From: Trueperaceae bacterium
GTDB lineage: Bacteria; Deinococcota; Deinococci; Deinococcales; Trueperaceae
Length of the DNA stretch: 64,000 bases
Assembly: GCA_034520945.1 (NCBI GenBank)
Contig: JAXHNB010000008.1
Location: 128,001 to 192,000, forward strand
Direction: 5' to 3'
Made by a program: the position numbers and the translations under genes. Positions within the stretch are counted from its first letter, which is position 1, and each line of letters opens with the position of its first letter. The notes beneath the pieces are model-generated. The model made no database searches, was not told the DNA's origin, and saw only the letters and a list, made by a program, of their open reading frames with translations. This document shows, one piece after another, positions 60,771-64,000 of this stretch.

Positions 60771-62324
60771 ATGATCATGCAGCGCACCGGGTTCGCCATC
60801 TTCGTGATCCTGCCGGTCCTGCTGGCGGTCGGTTGCGGCCCGTCCGGGCCGTCCGGGCCGTCCGGCGTGTCGGCCGTGATCGTGGAGCCGGACGAGGTAG
60901 AGCTCGTCGTCGGCGAGCACCACCAGCTCGACGCGACCGTCGACGCGGCCGGCAACGCCTCTGAAGAGGTGACGTGGAGCAGCGACGACGCCTCCGTCGC
61001 GACGGTCAACGAGGCGGGGCACGTGTCGGCGGTTGCGGAGGGCTCCGCCACCGTGACCGCCACCAGCGTCGCCGACCCCAGCATCGCCGACGACGTCCGT
61101 GTCGAGGTGTTCGTCGAGGGAGCGTTGCGCTGGACGAAGCTCGTCGAAACGCACATGGTCGACGAGATTGGCGCGATCGCGGTGGATGGTGCGGATGACG
61201 TTCTCGTGGGGGGTGCCACGGCGGGCGATATGGGGGACGCCACGGCGGGCGCGCTCGGAGGCGGGGGAGGGGGCGAGGCCGCCCTCGACGCGTACGTGCG
61301 CAAGCTCGACGCCGGTGGCGACGAGGTGTGGACGCACCAGTTTGGTACGTCCCACGAGGACGAGGTCGCCCGAGCCGGTCTCGCCACCGACGGAGAGAAC
61401 GCGGTGCTGGTCGGGGCCACGGTCGGGGGGCCCGTGGGCACGCACGTGGGCGGCCAAGATGCGCTGCTACGCAAGCTCGACGCGACGGGCGAGGTCGTCT
61501 GGACCCGCCAGTTCGGAACCTCGGACGCCGACAACGTGCGGAGCGTGGCCGTGGGCCGTGAGGACGCGGTCGTGGTGGCCGGTGAGACACGTGGTGACGT
61601 GGCGGCCGTGAACGCCGGCCAGACCGACGTCTACGTCCGAAAGTTCGACGCGGACGGCACGACGCTGTGGACCCGGCAGTTCGGCAGTGGGACCTTCGAC
61701 GGCGTTTGGGGTGTGGCCGTGGACGCGACAGGGCACGTTTTCGTCGCTGGCGACACCAACGGCGCCCTCGCGGGGCCGAGTGCCGGCGGCTGGGACTTGT
61801 GGGTGCGAAGGCTCGACCCGGACGGCACGACGTTGTGGACCCGCCAGTTCGGCACCCCCGCCAACGAGTACGTGAGCGGAATTGCCGTGGACCCGAACGG
61901 GCACGTTCTGCTCACAGGCAGCACGGAAGGGACGTTGGGCGCGTCCCATGCGGGGGGCAGCGACGTGTTCGTTCGCAGGCTGCATCCGGAGGGGACGCAC
62001 CTTTGGACGCGGCAGTTCGGCACGGCGGCATCCGAGGTCGCCGGGGGCGTCGCGACGGACTCCGAGGAGCACGTGATCGTCGTGGGCGGCACCCAAGGCG
62101 ACCTCGCCGGCCACGCGGGCGGCGAGGACGGGTTCGTCCGCAAGATGGACGCCGAGGGTGAGGAGGTCTGGCGTCGCCAGTTCGGCAGCGAGGTCGAGGA
62201 GGTGGCCACGGGGGTGGCCGTGGACGGCAAGGACTGGATCCTCGTGGCCACCCAGGTCTCCGGCACCTTGGCCTCCCCTCTCTCCGGGCAAGGGCACGGG
62301 GTCGTGAGCGCGTACATGCGCTGA
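60771..62324 (+). CDS. Lipoprotein with an Ig-like (Big_2) domain and beta-propeller (SBBP-like) repeats
   Basis: Lipobox LLAVGC; VTWSSDD.SVATV; repeated WTRQFGT...VAVD units. Confidence 0.85.
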   Translation: MIMQRTGFAIFVILPVLLAVGCGPSGPSGPSGVSAVIVEPDEVELVVGEHHQLDATVDAAGNASEEVTWSSDDASVATVNEAGHVSAVAEGSATVTATSVADPSIADDVRVEVFVEGALRWTKLVETHMVDEIGAIAVDGADDVLVGGATAGDMGDATAGALGGGGGGEAALDAYVRKLDAGGDEVWTHQFGTSHEDEVARAGLATDGENAVLVGATVGGPVGTHVGGQDALLRKLDATGEVVWTRQFGTSDADNVRSVAVGREDAVVVAGETRGDVAAVNAGQTDVYVRKFDADGTTLWTRQFGSGTFDGVWGVAVDATGHVFVAGDTNGALAGPSAGGWDLWVRRLDPDGTTLWTRQFGTPANEYVSGIAVDPNGHVLLTGSTEGTLGASHAGGSDVFVRRLHPEGTHLWTRQFGTAASEVAGGVATDSEEHVIVVGGTQGDLAGHAGGEDGFVRKMDAEGEEVWRRQFGSEVEEVATGVAVDGKDWILVATQVSGTLASPLSGQGHGVVSAYMR

Positions 62325-62478
62325 CGTCGGGAGCGGACCGCGTACGCCGCGCCGGCCCGTGAGGACCAGCATGCGGGCGACCTCGTCCAGCTCGCGGACG
62401 AGGGGTCAAACCGAGCACCTCGCCCTGAGCTTTGGCGCGCCTCCGGGACGCTGGCCTGCTTACGTCTCAGGCGGCACG

Positions 62479-63564
62479 TCAGCGCCGTCGCGTCGGGGCG
62501 GCGCCGCCGCCGGTCGGCCACCGCAGCACGGCTTCCAAGGGACCCCGCTGCCACCGGCGGCGCCACGCGCTGGCGACGGTCGCCGCGAGCACCGTCAGCG
62601 CGACCAGGGAGGCCGCGCCACCTGCCACGGTGTCGGCGCGTAGCATGTCGCTCCAAACGTGCAGCGCCAGAAGGTGGCCGACGTACACGGTGAGCGCCAC
62701 CTGGCCTGTCGCAGCAAGGGACCACGTCGCTCGAGGCCAGGCGCGCGCCGCCAGCAGCGAGGCGCCCAGCACGAACGCCGCGGAGCCGGCCGCCGTCCAC
62801 AACCAGGCGGGCGTCTGAGCGTGCGGCGTCGCGTCCAGAACCCGCCCCCACCCCTGCAGCGCGTCGGCGCCGAAGGCGACCCGCGCCCCCCTGGGCAGAA
62901 GCCAAGCGCCCACGGCCACGACCGCACCGGACGCGACCAGCGCGAGCTGCGTGGCACGCGTACCGAGGTCGCGGCGACCCAGCCACATCCCGAACAGCAG
63001 GGGCGCCACCCACACCACCAACGGGTAGGCGCCGGAGAGCACGATCCCGTGCGCGATTTCGGCCACGCCGTCCGTCAGGCGCACGGCGGCGCGATCGTAC
63101 CTGGCCGGCGCGAGGGCGTGCCCCGCCACGAACAGCGCCGGCCCCGCGAGGCTCATGGCGGCCGCCGCAACCAGAAGTGCGACGTCGGACCAACCCACCG
63201 CGAAGGCGCCGACCAGGAACAGCGGCGCATACGTCTGCAGGATGACCAGAACCCCGTGATCCAGTGACTGCAAGGCCAAACCGGCGGCCAGAAGCACGGC
63301 GGACCGCCACGCCAGCTCCCGGCGGACATCGCTGAGTGCGCGCCGCCGCGACGACGCCAGCAGCGTCACGCCGACCCCCGCGACCACCACGAACAACACG
63401 GACGCACGCCCGTGCGGAAGAGCGTAGAGGCGTCCCAGCACGCCCTGGGCGTCGGTGGGTCCCACGTGCACCGCCAGCATGCCGACGATGGCGAGCGCGC
63501 GGGCGACGTCGATGCCGAGGATGCGGCCCTGCAGGCGAGCGGACGCCGGCGATGGCGTCGACAT
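62479..63564 (-). CDS. DUF418/DUF1624-type membrane protein
   Basis: RILGIDVARALAIVGM..H, GRASVLF, LT.YVGH, RGPLE. Confidence 0.8.
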   Translation of the reverse strand: MSTPSPASARLQGRILGIDVARALAIVGMLAVHVGPTDAQGVLGRLYALPHGRASVLFVVVAGVGVTLLASSRRRALSDVRRELAWRSAVLLAAGLALQSLDHGVLVILQTYAPLFLVGAFAVGWSDVALLVAAAAMSLAGPALFVAGHALAPARYDRAAVRLTDGVAEIAHGIVLSGAYPLVVWVAPLLFGMWLGRRDLGTRATQLALVASGAVVAVGAWLLPRGARVAFGADALQGWGRVLDATPHAQTPAWLWTAAGSAAFVLGASLLAARAWPRATWSLAATGQVALTVYVGHLLALHVWSDMLRADTVAGGAASLVALTVLAATVASAWRRRWQRGPLEAVLRWPTGGGAAPTRRR

Positions 63565-63775
63565 CCGGACATGCTACGCGCACGCGGTTCGCGCGTGCGC
63601 GGCGCAGGACGACACCGCGTGATGGCGACGCCTGCACGGTCGTGAGCCAAGGCGCCGGACCGGCGTGGGGACGCGTGGTACGGTGCGCCCGATATTCGCA
63701 TGAACCGAAGCAGTTCGCACCGCTTCCGCATCGTAGGAGAGGAGCGTTCGAACGGTCTTTCGGCGCACCGTGCCC

Positions 63776-64000
63776 ATGGCCCTCTTGGGCGCAATGATGA
63801 CGATTCTGGCCAGCTGCGGCCCGTCCGGTGGCGCCACCGTGACGATCTCCCCGGACGCTTTCGTGCTCGTGGTGGGCGAAGAACGCGCGCTCACGGCGAC
63901 GGTCGACGCGTCCGGCGGTGTGTCCGACGAGGTCACGTGGCGTAGCGACGACGCGTCCGTGGCGACGGTCAACGAGGATGGGCGGGTGACCGCGGTGGCC
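63776..64000 (+). CDS. Ig-like (Big_2) lipoprotein, runs off the window; paralog of 60771-62324
   Basis: ILASCGPSG...LTATVDASG..SDEVTWRSDDASVATVNE.G.V.AV. Confidence 0.75.
   Translation, partial: MALLGAMMTILASCGPSGGATVTISPDAFVLVVGEERALTATVDASGGVSDEVTWRSDDASVATVNEDGRVTAVA

Noticed and set aside
61300..62200. Recurring TGGACCCGCCAGTTCGG DNA repeats as a DGR or repeat array
   Set aside because: Explained by the coding WTRQFG propeller repeats; no adenine-specific TR/VR pattern.

Overview
High-GC bacterial accessory/defence region. Leaderless-looking promoters, a pilin-like domain and overall gene style suggest Deinococcota, but this is inference. Left part (1-28 kb): a frameshifted ATPase/TPR regulator, a SEC-C protein, an ABC-type ATPase plus PD-(D/E)XK-like pair, a higBA locus broken by an IS256 element with an 8-bp target duplication, a PIN/DUF6364 TA pair, a Fic protein, an intact ROK/ABC/GH84/GNAT/SIS/kinase amino-sugar operon, McrBC with several reader-like domains, and many TA remnants. 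Middle (28.9-51.7 kb): a visibly lower-GC defence block bounded by two truncated genes. It holds a four-ORF CBASS operon (patatin, 77-aa unknown, CD-NTase, E2), a RelE-UvrD pseudogene, a GmrSD-AlbA_2 fusion, a complete type 1 BREX (brxA-brxB-brxC-pglX-pglZ-brxL) and, 49 bp downstream, an Abi/UG-type reverse transcriptase with an FKDD motif. Right part: a divergent MerR / vWA-Macro versus YNxHTG-repeat / PTP-phosphatase module sharing a palindromic bidirectional promoter, an orphan HTH-MNT, hicB with a fused hicA remnant, and membrane/lipoprotein genes. No rRNA, tRNA or CRISPR array was seen. All family calls come from motif recognition, not database searches.
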